From Candidatus Onstottus arcticum (GTDB lineage: Bacteria; Acidobacteriota; Blastocatellia; UBA7656), in assembly GCA_038040485.1 (NCBI GenBank), contig JBBPIE010000006.1, positions 142,435 to 206,434 of the forward strand: a stretch of DNA of 64,000 bases, given 5' to 3'. The notes beneath the pieces were generated by a model that ran no database searches, was not told the origin of the DNA, and saw only the letters and a list, made by a program, of their open reading frames with translations. The first letter of the stretch is position 1; each line of letters starts with the position of its first letter. Position numbers and translations under genes: made by a program. Of this stretch, positions 8,207 to 15,665 are shown one piece after another.

Positions 8207-9013
8207 ATGATCTTACTTCGCCTCACGCTTCTTCATGCCCTGATCTTCGTGGTTGTCTGCGACCTTTTAGCTCAGACTCCGAGCCAGACAAAGCAGAATT
8301 ACCCGGCGGTGATTAAGGACTCAACCGAGCGCCGCGCTCGGGCGGAACGCGAGTGGCGGCGAATGCTCGATTCTTACGGCATTCCTCAGACACCTCCCGA
8401 TCTTTATCCGATTACTTACACGCCCCGTTCGCTGTTGGGAGTAACCGGCGGGATCAAACTGATATCGTTCAAGCCCGAGCCGGGGTCGGAGAATCTGGCG
8501 TTACGCGAAGCACTTCGGCGTTTCCTCGATCGTTGGCGCGAGATGCTGGGCGCCGAGCCGGCAGCGGTCTCGCTGCTCAGCAACGACGAATCGGGCGACA
8601 CCCAGCGCTTGACCTACAAGCAAGCCAACTACGCGTTTCCCATCGCGGGCAACGCGGGCGAGATGGTGGCGGTCTTGAGCCGCGATGGAAGGCTCCTCCA
8701 ACTCGATTCGCGTTTTATACCCGTCGTCGAGCTCCCCTCGCGGCCCTCGATCGATCGAGACACGGTAGCCAAGAAGGTAGTTGGCCGGACCTTTACCTAT
8801 TCGGACATCGCCGGCCGCGAGCAGCGAACTCAGATCGGCGGGCTCGCGGAAGTCACCGTCAAACGGCTGGTCATCCTTCCCATCGAGAAGGCCGATTCGA
8901 CCGAAGTGCATCTGGCCTGGGAGATCGTCGCGGGCAAACAGCTCTCGTGGACGATCTACATCGACGCGATCAGCGGGCAGGAGCTCAAGGTGGCTCAGAA
9001 CTTTCAAACATAG
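8207..9013 (+). CDS. hypothetical secreted protein
   Basis: ATG at 8207 gives the signal peptide MILLRLTLLHALIFVVVCDLLAQTP (track start 8189 is TTG). No recognizable domain. Confidence 0.6.
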   Translation: MILLRLTLLHALIFVVVCDLLAQTPSQTKQNYPAVIKDSTERRARAEREWRRMLDSYGIPQTPPDLYPITYTPRSLLGVTGGIKLISFKPEPGSENLALREALRRFLDRWREMLGAEPAAVSLLSNDESGDTQRLTYKQANYAFPIAGNAGEMVAVLSRDGRLLQLDSRFIPVVELPSRPSIDRDTVAKKVVGRTFTYSDIAGREQRTQIGGLAEVTVKRLVILPIEKADSTEVHLAWEIVAGKQLSWTIYIDAISGQELKVAQNFQT

Positions 9014-9062
9014 ATAAGAGGGGTTAGCGCTGGGGCCCAATCCCTAACCCCCAACTCCAATT

Positions 9063-11345
9063 ATGGAAACAGTGATAACGCGAGATACGGATGTTTTGAG
9101 GGAGTACGTTGCCGCGCTCGACGCCCGAGAGCGTGGGTTTTCGCCGTTCGGGAGGCTTGCTGCAACTGTAAAGCTTGCGGCGTTAAGGCGTGAGCTGGAC
9201 GCAGCGCAGATCGACGGCACCGATGAAGATCTCGCCGCGCTGCGCCGCGAGATCGATGAGCGAATCAATCGCAGCTTCGCGCGCCGTTTCCTGGCCAGGC
9301 CGTGGGGTGCGCGGCTGTGTGTGTTCCTGTCGATAGTGCTGGCTCAGCAGCTCGCTTTGGCGTTTGTGTGGCTGCTGGCAAAGCTGTTTGTTCGCTTCGC
9401 ACCGTTGCCCAAGCGGTGGAACCCGGTGCTTCCGCACGAGCAGCCGGCTTTCCTGTGGGCGTTCATCTTCTTCTTTTTCTTCGCAGCGCCGATGACCGCG
9501 CTGTTGATTCTGTTTGGCGGGCGATTCATTCGCGCCTGGCGCAAGACCCTCGCGGCGACGCTCCTTATCTTCGCGACTTCAGCGGCGTTCACCTTTCTGG
9601 TTGTGAGAGGAAAAGAACAAACCAACCCGGTTCGGCATAACACGTCGCTCGAGCAATTCGCGAAAGAGCGCGAGTTGAGCATCGCGAACTACCGCGAATG
9701 GATGGAAGCCAACTGGCTGATGAAGGATGCGAAGCTGAAGCGTGACTACGAAGGCTACTTGCGTAACGGGCCCGGCCGATGGATTACGTCGCGATTCGAC
9801 GCCGGCAACGACGCGGCGTGGGGTGACTCGCTTGAAGTGATGAAGACCTACCTCGACGCGGGCGAAGACGAGAACGGGTTTCGAGAATGGCTGAGGTACT
9901 ATCTCGATCGCAACCGGATCTACTCGGAAGACCGCATCGATCACGAAGTGGGAACGATCACCGGCAGCGCCAGCCAACGCTTTCTTGGGGTGTGGCAGCT
10001 TGAACCGCTATTGAACGAACGCGACCGGCGGCTCTACAGCGGTTACCTTGGTTCGATCAATCACGCGATGTGGAAGTGGGGAATCGCGTCGCTGACCTTG
10101 ATGTCGCTAGCGTTCTTGATTGCTTATCTTACTGAGCCGGTGCTCCGATTGCGGGAACGCGTTTCTGGAAATGCCCGCGGCCGCGCCAGCCGAAAGGCCG
10201 CACTGGATTCCGATCAGCCAGCGACAAGCGACGGGCGACTTCCCGAGCGCCCCGATTCGTTCCCGGAGCTAAGCGAGATAACTTCCATGCCGTTCTTCGA
10301 TGCGCCGTTCAAACTGCTGGCCGGCATCCACCGCTCTTTTGTTCGGCTGGTGGTTCTCACAAGCGTCTTCGTCTTCGCGTTGTGGGCGCTCGTCTACGCG
10401 TTCGATCTTTCCGGCGCGCGGCCGAACCCGCACTCACAAGTCGCACTGATGCGTTCGCACTTGTTGTTTGGCGGCTCGGCCAATGATGCCGTGGCGCGAG
10501 CGAGTGACTCACCGGGACGGGCCTTCGCCGACCACGGACAAAGAACCGGAGACGAGACTGGTTCATCAGCCGGTGGCGGCCGCGAAGCCTTGCGCGGCGC
10601 GCGGCCCGCAAGGATTGCCGAGCTGGAGCAAGCGCTCGACGAGGCGGACTATCAAACCGAAAAACGATTCAAGGAACAATACAAGCTCAACGCCGCCGCG
10701 CGCTCGGATGTGAGCCATCTCAAGAACCTCATTTCGCAGCTTCAGCAGACGACAACAGCCCTGCCCGAACAAATCAGCGAGGTCGGCTCGCGAGCCAACG
10801 CCGCCGAAGCGCGAGCGGGTCAGATCATCAACGAAGCCACCGCCGCCAAAATGACCGCCGAGGGAGTCGCGAAACAGATCACCGCCAAGCTCGGCGAAGT
10901 CGAGAGCCGAACCGCCCGGGCATCCGAACAGATCGGCAAAGTAGAAGACCAGGCTTCGGTGCTCGCGACTCGAACCGAAGCGCTCGAGAGAGAACTCGAC
11001 CGGCGCGCGCGCCAAATCGAAGCGCGAACGGAAGAGCTCGGCGAGCGCACGGCTGGGCTCAAAGAGCGCGAAGAGCGGTTTGATCGCCTGCAACGCGCGG
11101 CGCTCACGGCGATACTCTCAGAGCTGAAAGCAAGCGTCGATGATCTGGAAAGCCGAGTCGGGTCGGGCTTCTATCGCTTCTTCAACAAGAGCGAAGCGCG
11201 CCGCGACGCAGACTCGCTTCGCCAGCGCATCACCGCGCTCGCCGCCGAGCTTCGAGATATGAACACCGAGCAGGCGAAGAAGATGGGCGAACAGCTCGAC
11301 GCGTTGAGCAAGAAGGTCGATGACATCGTGTCGCGCATCAGGTAG
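9063..11345 (+). CDS. hypothetical membrane protein with a long C-terminal coiled-coil
   Basis: 760 aa, ATG start. Several hydrophobic segments (LCVFLSIVLAQQLALAFVWLLAKLFV, FLWAFIFFFFFAAPMTALLILFGG, VVLTSVFVFALWALVYAF). The C-terminal roughly 230 aa has heptad-like Ala/Glu/Arg/Leu coiled-coil repeats. Confidence 0.7.
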   Translation: METVITRDTDVLREYVAALDARERGFSPFGRLAATVKLAALRRELDAAQIDGTDEDLAALRREIDERINRSFARRFLARPWGARLCVFLSIVLAQQLALAFVWLLAKLFVRFAPLPKRWNPVLPHEQPAFLWAFIFFFFFAAPMTALLILFGGRFIRAWRKTLAATLLIFATSAAFTFLVVRGKEQTNPVRHNTSLEQFAKERELSIANYREWMEANWLMKDAKLKRDYEGYLRNGPGRWITSRFDAGNDAAWGDSLEVMKTYLDAGEDENGFREWLRYYLDRNRIYSEDRIDHEVGTITGSASQRFLGVWQLEPLLNERDRRLYSGYLGSINHAMWKWGIASLTLMSLAFLIAYLTEPVLRLRERVSGNARGRASRKAALDSDQPATSDGRLPERPDSFPELSEITSMPFFDAPFKLLAGIHRSFVRLVVLTSVFVFALWALVYAFDLSGARPNPHSQVALMRSHLLFGGSANDAVARASDSPGRAFADHGQRTGDETGSSAGGGREALRGARPARIAELEQALDEADYQTEKRFKEQYKLNAAARSDVSHLKNLISQLQQTTTALPEQISEVGSRANAAEARAGQIINEATAAKMTAEGVAKQITAKLGEVESRTARASEQIGKVEDQASVLATRTEALERELDRRARQIEARTEELGERTAGLKEREERFDRLQRAALTAILSELKASVDDLESRVGSGFYRFFNKSEARRDADSLRQRITALAAELRDMNTEQAKKMGEQLDALSKKVDDIVSRIR

Positions 11346-11366
11346 AGGCGAGGAGCAGGCAACGAC

Positions 11367-11546
11367 AGGGCGAAAGGGCGAGGGGGCGAAGGGCGAGGGG
11401 CGAAGGGCGAAGGGGTGAGGGGCGAAGGGCGAGGGGCGAAGGGCGAGGGGCGAAGGGGCGAAGGGCGAGGGGCGAAGGGCGAGGGGCGAAGGGGCGAGGG
11501 GCGAGGGGCGAAGGGGCGAGGGCGAAGGGGCGAGGGGCGAGGGGCG
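11367..11546 (+). repeat. G-rich tandem heptad repeat (GGGCGAR)n, about 25 units; canonical G-quadruplex motif on the + strand
   Basis: Directly visible: gggcgaa/gggcgag/ggggcgaa units without interruption from 11367 to 11546. It sits between the stop of the 9063-11345 gene and the next gene. ORFs read through it give Gly/Arg- or Pro-rich low-complexity artifacts. Confidence 0.9.
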
Positions 11547-11568
11547 AGTGCTTGGTGGACAGCAATTG

Positions 11569-13272
11569 ATGACGCGGACGGAAGGAGAGCCAGAAACGGA
11601 GACGCGGCGACCCGGCGACGAAGCGCGCTCAGCCGAGGTAGCCTATGAAGGCGCTGTTAACGACGCAGCCGCTGATCGCCCCCTCCCCCCTTCGCCCCCT
11701 CTCCCCGTCGCCCCCTCACCCCCTCGACCTGTCGCGCCAAGCCGCCGGCTCCGCGCTCCTCTTGAGATCACAGCCGCGTTCCTGCTGATCCTCCTCGTGA
11801 TGGGTTGGATCGAGTTCGCCGGCCCTGCAATTCTCGACAACGACGGCTACTATCACATTCGCTGGGCGAAGATGGTCCGCGAAAGCTTTCCTCACTTGCC
11901 GCCTTTCAAAGCGCTGCCGCTGACGACGCTCGATGAGCAACACTACGTAGATCACCACTACCTTTTTCATGTCCTGCTCATCCCCTTCACGTTCGGCGAT
12001 CTACGAGTCGGCGCGAAGCTCGCAGCCGTTGTCTTCTCGAGCCTCGGGATCCTGTCGGTGTTCGCGCTGCTTGTAAGCTACCGCGTGCGATATCGGTGGT
12101 TGTGGCTCGCGCCGATGATCGCAAGCTCTGAACCGTTCCTCTATCGAATGTCGATGACGCGGGCGCCTGCGTTGTCGCTTGCTCTGTTGGGCCTCGGCGC
12201 GTACCTGGTCCTCAAGCGCAAGCCGCTCCTGCTCGCGGTGCTCTCGTTTGTGTTTGTCTGGTCGTACAGCCTGTTCCCGCTGACTATGGCTTTCGCAGTC
12301 GCGCACGCGATTGCGATTTATCTTTCCCAGCGCCGCTTAGAGTTTCGTTCAATCCTCGCAACAGGGATCGGGATCGTCGCGGGCCTGATAATCAATCCTT
12401 ATTTCCCGAAGAACCTCACGTTGTTTCGCGAGCACCTGTTGATGAAGACCGGTGGGACTTACTCGGTAGACGTCGGAGTCGAGTGGTACCCGTACGATAC
12501 GTGGGTGATCATCGGCTCGAGCGCGCTCGCATTCGGGATCTTCTTTGCGGGGCTTCTGGCGTTCGACTATCGAAGCCGCACGCGCGACCCGAAGCCGCTG
12601 TTCTTACTGCTGGTATCGACGATGTTTCTGTTGATGGCTTTCAAGTCGCGGCGCTTTATCGAGTACTGGCCGCCGTTCGCTGTCGCGTTTGCCGCGTTCA
12701 CGATCAGCCCGAAGCTCCAGACGATGAGCTTCTCGTGGATGACTCGCACGCGAGACCGCGCAATCGCGGCACTAGCGGCGGCTACCATCACTGTAGTCGC
12801 GGTTGTGAATGTTTGCTCGGCCGTGCTCCTGGCTCGCGCCGACGTTCGCTCCGAAGCCGACCCGTTCGCTTACAAGGGCGCAAGCGAATGGCTCGCCGCG
12901 AACACGCCTCCGGGTTCGATGGTGTTCAACACGGACTGGGACGACTTTCCGATGCTGTTCTACTACAACCCGAACAACACATACATAGTCGGACTTGACC
13001 CCACGTATCTATACGATCGCGACCGGCAGTTGTGGAAGCTGTACGCGGACATCACGCTCGGCAACGAAGACAACCCCGCCCCGTTGATCAGGGATCGCTT
13101 CGGCGCGGAGTACGTGTTCACAGACAACGAGCACTCGGACTTCATGCAGAATGTAGAAGAAAGCGGCGACTTCGAGAAGGTGTATGAGGATAAGTTCACG
13201 ACGGTGTTGAGGGTCCGCAAGCCTGATGATCCAAGGGCTAATGTGTCGGAAGGACAGGGAACCGCGCGATAG
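11569..13272 (+). CDS. polytopic membrane protein, putative GT-C-fold glycosyltransferase (about 10 TM + periplasmic C-terminal domain)
   Basis: ATG at 11569 (track GTG at 11548). Many TM helices. Loop motif DNDGYYHIRW after TM1 resembles the periplasmic acidic loop of GT-C enzymes. The N-terminal codons (PLPPSPPLPVAPSPP) overlap a C-rich inverted copy of the upstream G-repeat (11677-11729). Confidence 0.55.
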   Translation: MTRTEGEPETETRRPGDEARSAEVAYEGAVNDAAADRPLPPSPPLPVAPSPPRPVAPSRRLRAPLEITAAFLLILLVMGWIEFAGPAILDNDGYYHIRWAKMVRESFPHLPPFKALPLTTLDEQHYVDHHYLFHVLLIPFTFGDLRVGAKLAAVVFSSLGILSVFALLVSYRVRYRWLWLAPMIASSEPFLYRMSMTRAPALSLALLGLGAYLVLKRKPLLLAVLSFVFVWSYSLFPLTMAFAVAHAIAIYLSQRRLEFRSILATGIGIVAGLIINPYFPKNLTLFREHLLMKTGGTYSVDVGVEWYPYDTWVIIGSSALAFGIFFAGLLAFDYRSRTRDPKPLFLLLVSTMFLLMAFKSRRFIEYWPPFAVAFAAFTISPKLQTMSFSWMTRTRDRAIAALAAATITVVAVVNVCSAVLLARADVRSEADPFAYKGASEWLAANTPPGSMVFNTDWDDFPMLFYYNPNNTYIVGLDPTYLYDRDRQLWKLYADITLGNEDNPAPLIRDRFGAEYVFTDNEHSDFMQNVEESGDFEKVYEDKFTTVLRVRKPDDPRANVSEGQGTAR

Positions 13273-13321
13273 GGCTTTGGTCCGTTGACGCTCTAAATTT
13301 CAACCACTATTGTCCTCAGGA

Positions 13322-13583
13322 ATGAAAGTACGTGATGTCCTCAAGTTGCTACCTGAAGCTGGATGGTATCCTGGTTGCAACTGAGGGTAGTTACGACAAG
13401 ATCAAGCATCCGACAAAAGTGGGGTGGGTGACCGTTCCTGGTAAACCCAAAGATGATCTGGCGATTGGCGCGTTGAACAGCGCTTTGCGACAAGCGAGAA
13501 TGAAGAAAAAAGGGGAGCGAGACTATGCGATATGCAATCGTGATCGAAAAAGCGGAGAACAACTACGGAGCTTATGTTCCTGA
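13322..13583 (+). pseudogene. hicA: hicA toxin (mRNA interferase HicA), disrupted by a +1 frameshift near 13370
   Basis: ATG at 13322 reads MKVRDVLKLLPEAGWY (HicA N-terminal helix consensus), then hits TGA at 13382. The +1 frame (track ORF 13332-13583) continues LVATEGSYDKIKHPTKVGWVTVPGKPKDDLAIGALNSALRQARM, which is the rest of HicA. Deleting one C at about 13370 restores a canonical HicA. Confidence 0.55.
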
Positions 13584-13737
13584 TTTGCCTGGATGCATAG
13601 CGACTGGAAAAACAATCGAAGCAACAGAAAAGGAAATCCGTGAAGCCATCGAGTTTCATTTGCGGGGACTTCGCGAAGATGGATTACCCATTCCAGAACC
13701 GTCAAGCCGTGTCGATTATGTGGAAGTCGCCGCTTAA
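13525..13737 (+). CDS. hicB: HicB family antitoxin (UPF0150, RNase H-like fold)
   Basis: 70 aa MRYAIVIEKAENNYGAYVPDLPGCIATGKTIEATEKEIREAIEFHLRGL matches the HicB N-domain consensus. It overlaps the hicA 3' end. Confidence 0.85.
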   Translation: MRYAIVIEKAENNYGAYVPDLPGCIATGKTIEATEKEIREAIEFHLRGLREDGLPIPEPSSRVDYVEVAA

Positions 13738-13822
13738 CCTTCTATTCAAATCGAAACCAATCACACCTATAAGACGAGCTGAGCAATTGTGCTCGGATTG
13801 CGATACGGAGTAAGCTCTCGCT

Positions 13823-14023
13823 ATGAGTACAGTACAAGCCATCCAGGATGCGGTGCGCGAACTCTCTGGAGACGACTTGGCAGCATTTCGCGAGTGGTTT
13901 GCTGAGTTCGATGCCGTTTTGTGGGACGGGCAGTTGGGAGCGGACATCGCTGCCGGCCGTCTGGACAAACTCGGTGACGAGGCCCTTCGGGATTTACAAG
14001 AAGGGCGTTGCAGCGACCTGTGA
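13823..14023 (+). CDS. type II antitoxin (partner of the RelE/ParE-like toxin)
   Basis: 66-aa acidic protein ending ...AAGRLDKLGDEALRDLQEGRCSDL, typical of small antitoxins. Its stop overlaps the toxin GTG start (GTGA). Confidence 0.6.
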   Translation: MSTVQAIQDAVRELSGDDLAAFREWFAEFDAVLWDGQLGADIAAGRLDKLGDEALRDLQEGRCSDL

Positions 14024-14280
14024 GACATCGAGCGAGTCCACGCTTCTGGGCTTGCTATCGCCAACTCTCCGAGGATGTGCGGCGTCTGGCGGACAAGTCT
14101 TTTGCTCTCCTGCGAGAGAACTCACAACATCCATCGCTACACTTCAAAAAGATCGGCCGGTTCTGGTCGGCTCGAGTGGGTTTACACTACCGGGCACTTG
14201 CCGTTGAACATGAGGCCGACCTGGTTTGGTTCTGGATCGGCTCGCATGCGGAGTACGACAAGCTCGTAGACCGGCAATAG
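14020..14280 (+). CDS. RelE/ParE superfamily toxin
   Basis: GTG at 14020 overlapping the antitoxin stop. Sequence FWACYRQLSEDVRRLADKSFALLRENSQHPSLHFKKIGRFWSARVGLHYRALAVEHEADLVWFWIGSHAEYDKL carries the RelE/ParE/YafQ-type C-terminal G(T/S)HxEY motif. Confidence 0.7.
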   Translation: MRHRASPRFWACYRQLSEDVRRLADKSFALLRENSQHPSLHFKKIGRFWSARVGLHYRALAVEHEADLVWFWIGSHAEYDKLVDRQ

Positions 14281-14404
14281 CACCTAATCCCGATTCGAGC
14301 CGAGCTTGCCTTGCAGTTGCTCTGGCGCGCCGGTTTGGCTTACTCATTTCGAACCAACGAATGCCGGGTCAATCAGAAAATCATCCAATACCTAAAACCA
14401 CTCG

Positions 14405-15253
14405 ATGAACTCACCAACATCAAAGTTCCTCACTGCTGAATGGCGGCACCTTGCGATGCTCAACTTCGAGGTCGATCCGAAGGTAATGCAGCCGCTCGTG
14501 CCCGTAGGGACCGAGTTGGATCAATGGCAGGGCCGGACTTTCATTAGCGTAGTTGGGTTCTTGTTCCTCAACACACGCGTCTTCGGCGTAGCGATCCCCT
14601 GGCATCGCGACTTCGAAGAGGTGAATCTGCGCTTCTATGTAAGAAGGAAGGCGAGCGACGGATGGCGGCGAGGAGTGGTCTTCGTAAAGGAAATCGTGCC
14701 TCGCATTGCGATCGCGCTGACGGCGAGAGTCGTTTACGGAGAGAACTACGTTGCCGTCCCGATGAGTCATCGGATCGAGGGGGATAACGGCTCCGGTGCC
14801 GAGCCGCGAGCCGAATCAGATCCAAGAGCCGTGTTTGAGCCGCGAGCTGAGCCAGATCCAAGAGCCTTGCCAAAGCCGAGAGCCGAGTCAGATCCGAGAA
14901 TCGTGTCTCAGCCGCGAGCCGTGTCGTACTCCTGGCAGTTTCGCGGCCGAGAGAACCGATTGGCGCTAACCGTTGGCGGCGACTCTGATCAAGCACCCGA
15001 GGGAAGTGAGGCGGAGTTCATAACCGAACACTACTGGGGCTACGCTGGACGGCGAGGCGGGCGCACGATGGAATACCGAGTCGAGCACCCTCGCTGGAGG
15101 ATTGCCCGCGCTACCTCAGCCGAACTCGATTGCGACGTAGCCGGACTCTACGGAAGCCAGTTCGTCGAGTCCTTGAAGACGCCTCCGGCCTCAGCGTTTC
15201 TCGCCGCCGGATCGGAAGTGACAGTGTTCCGTGGAAGCGTGCTGCCTTCATGA
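14405..15253 (+). CDS. DUF2071 (YqjF-like) family protein with an internal tandem-repeat insertion
   Basis: ATG start. N-terminus LTAEWRHLAMLNFEVDPKVMQPLVPVGTELDQWQGRTFISVVGFLF...LRFYVRR is the DUF2071 consensus. In-frame repeats AEPRAESDPRAVF/EPRAEPDPRALPK/PRAESDPRIVSQ lie in the middle. Confidence 0.75.
   Translation: MNSPTSKFLTAEWRHLAMLNFEVDPKVMQPLVPVGTELDQWQGRTFISVVGFLFLNTRVFGVAIPWHRDFEEVNLRFYVRRKASDGWRRGVVFVKEIVPRIAIALTARVVYGENYVAVPMSHRIEGDNGSGAEPRAESDPRAVFEPRAEPDPRALPKPRAESDPRIVSQPRAVSYSWQFRGRENRLALTVGGDSDQAPEGSEAEFITEHYWGYAGRRGGRTMEYRVEHPRWRIARATSAELDCDVAGLYGSQFVESLKTPPASAFLAAGSEVTVFRGSVLPS
14801..14923 (+). repeat. 36-39-nt in-frame tandem repeat (about 3.3 copies) inside the DUF2071 gene
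   Basis: gagccgcgagccgaatcagatccaagagccgtgttt / gagccgcgagctgagccagatccaagagccttgccaaag / ccgagagccgagtcagatccgagaatcgtgtctca / gccgcgagccgtg. Confidence 0.75.
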
Positions 15254-15286
15254 GCAAACCGATAATCATTCCATTCCGCGTATTCC

Positions 15287-15347
15287 GTTCGCATAAACCC
15301 TGGAAGGGTGAAGGCATCAAGCCACGGGTGAGTCCGCGAACCCGTGG
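15287..15347. repeat. hairpin repeat unit (GTTCGCATAAACCC ... CCACGGGT-N10-ACCCGTGG), copy 1
   Basis: Stem CCACGGGT/ACCCGTGG (15322-15347) with loop GAGTCCGCGA, preceded by GTTCGCATAAACCC at 15287. Confidence 0.6.
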
Positions 15348-15510
15348 ACATAGGCGGCAACGGGAATCGCTAACCCGCGAAGCGGGTGGCGGCCCTTGGT
15401 TAACGAGCACTGGTGGGTCTCACAACTGAACTCATCGGTTGGTGCCGGTTGGGATTGGAACCCTTCGCGATCCCGCGTACCCGAGGGCCTGACCGTCACC
15501 CTCTTCGAGG

Positions 15511-15562
15511 GTTCGCATACCCCGGTATCGACCGATCCACGGGTTCGCGGACTCACCCGTGG
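15511..15562. repeat. hairpin repeat unit, copy 2 (same stem, loop reverse-complemented)
   Basis: GTTCGCATACCCC at 15511, then CCACGGGTTCGCGGACTCACCCGTGG at 15537-15562, the exact reverse complement of copy 1's hairpin. Confidence 0.6.
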
Positions 15563-15665
15563 CTTTACTCCGGCATCCCGTTCCGGGATTGCCAATCACG
15601 ACATCCACTCGAAGTCTTCCAGGATTTGCCAGTTCGCGACATCGATTGTTTTTGATGGCCGAGAG

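Noticed and set aside
11338-11648. ORFs 11338-11565 (-) and 11415-11648 (+) giving Pro/Ala/Leu- or Gly/Arg/Glu-rich proteins
   Set aside because: They are translations of the (GGGCGAR)n simple repeat. No start context and pure low complexity.
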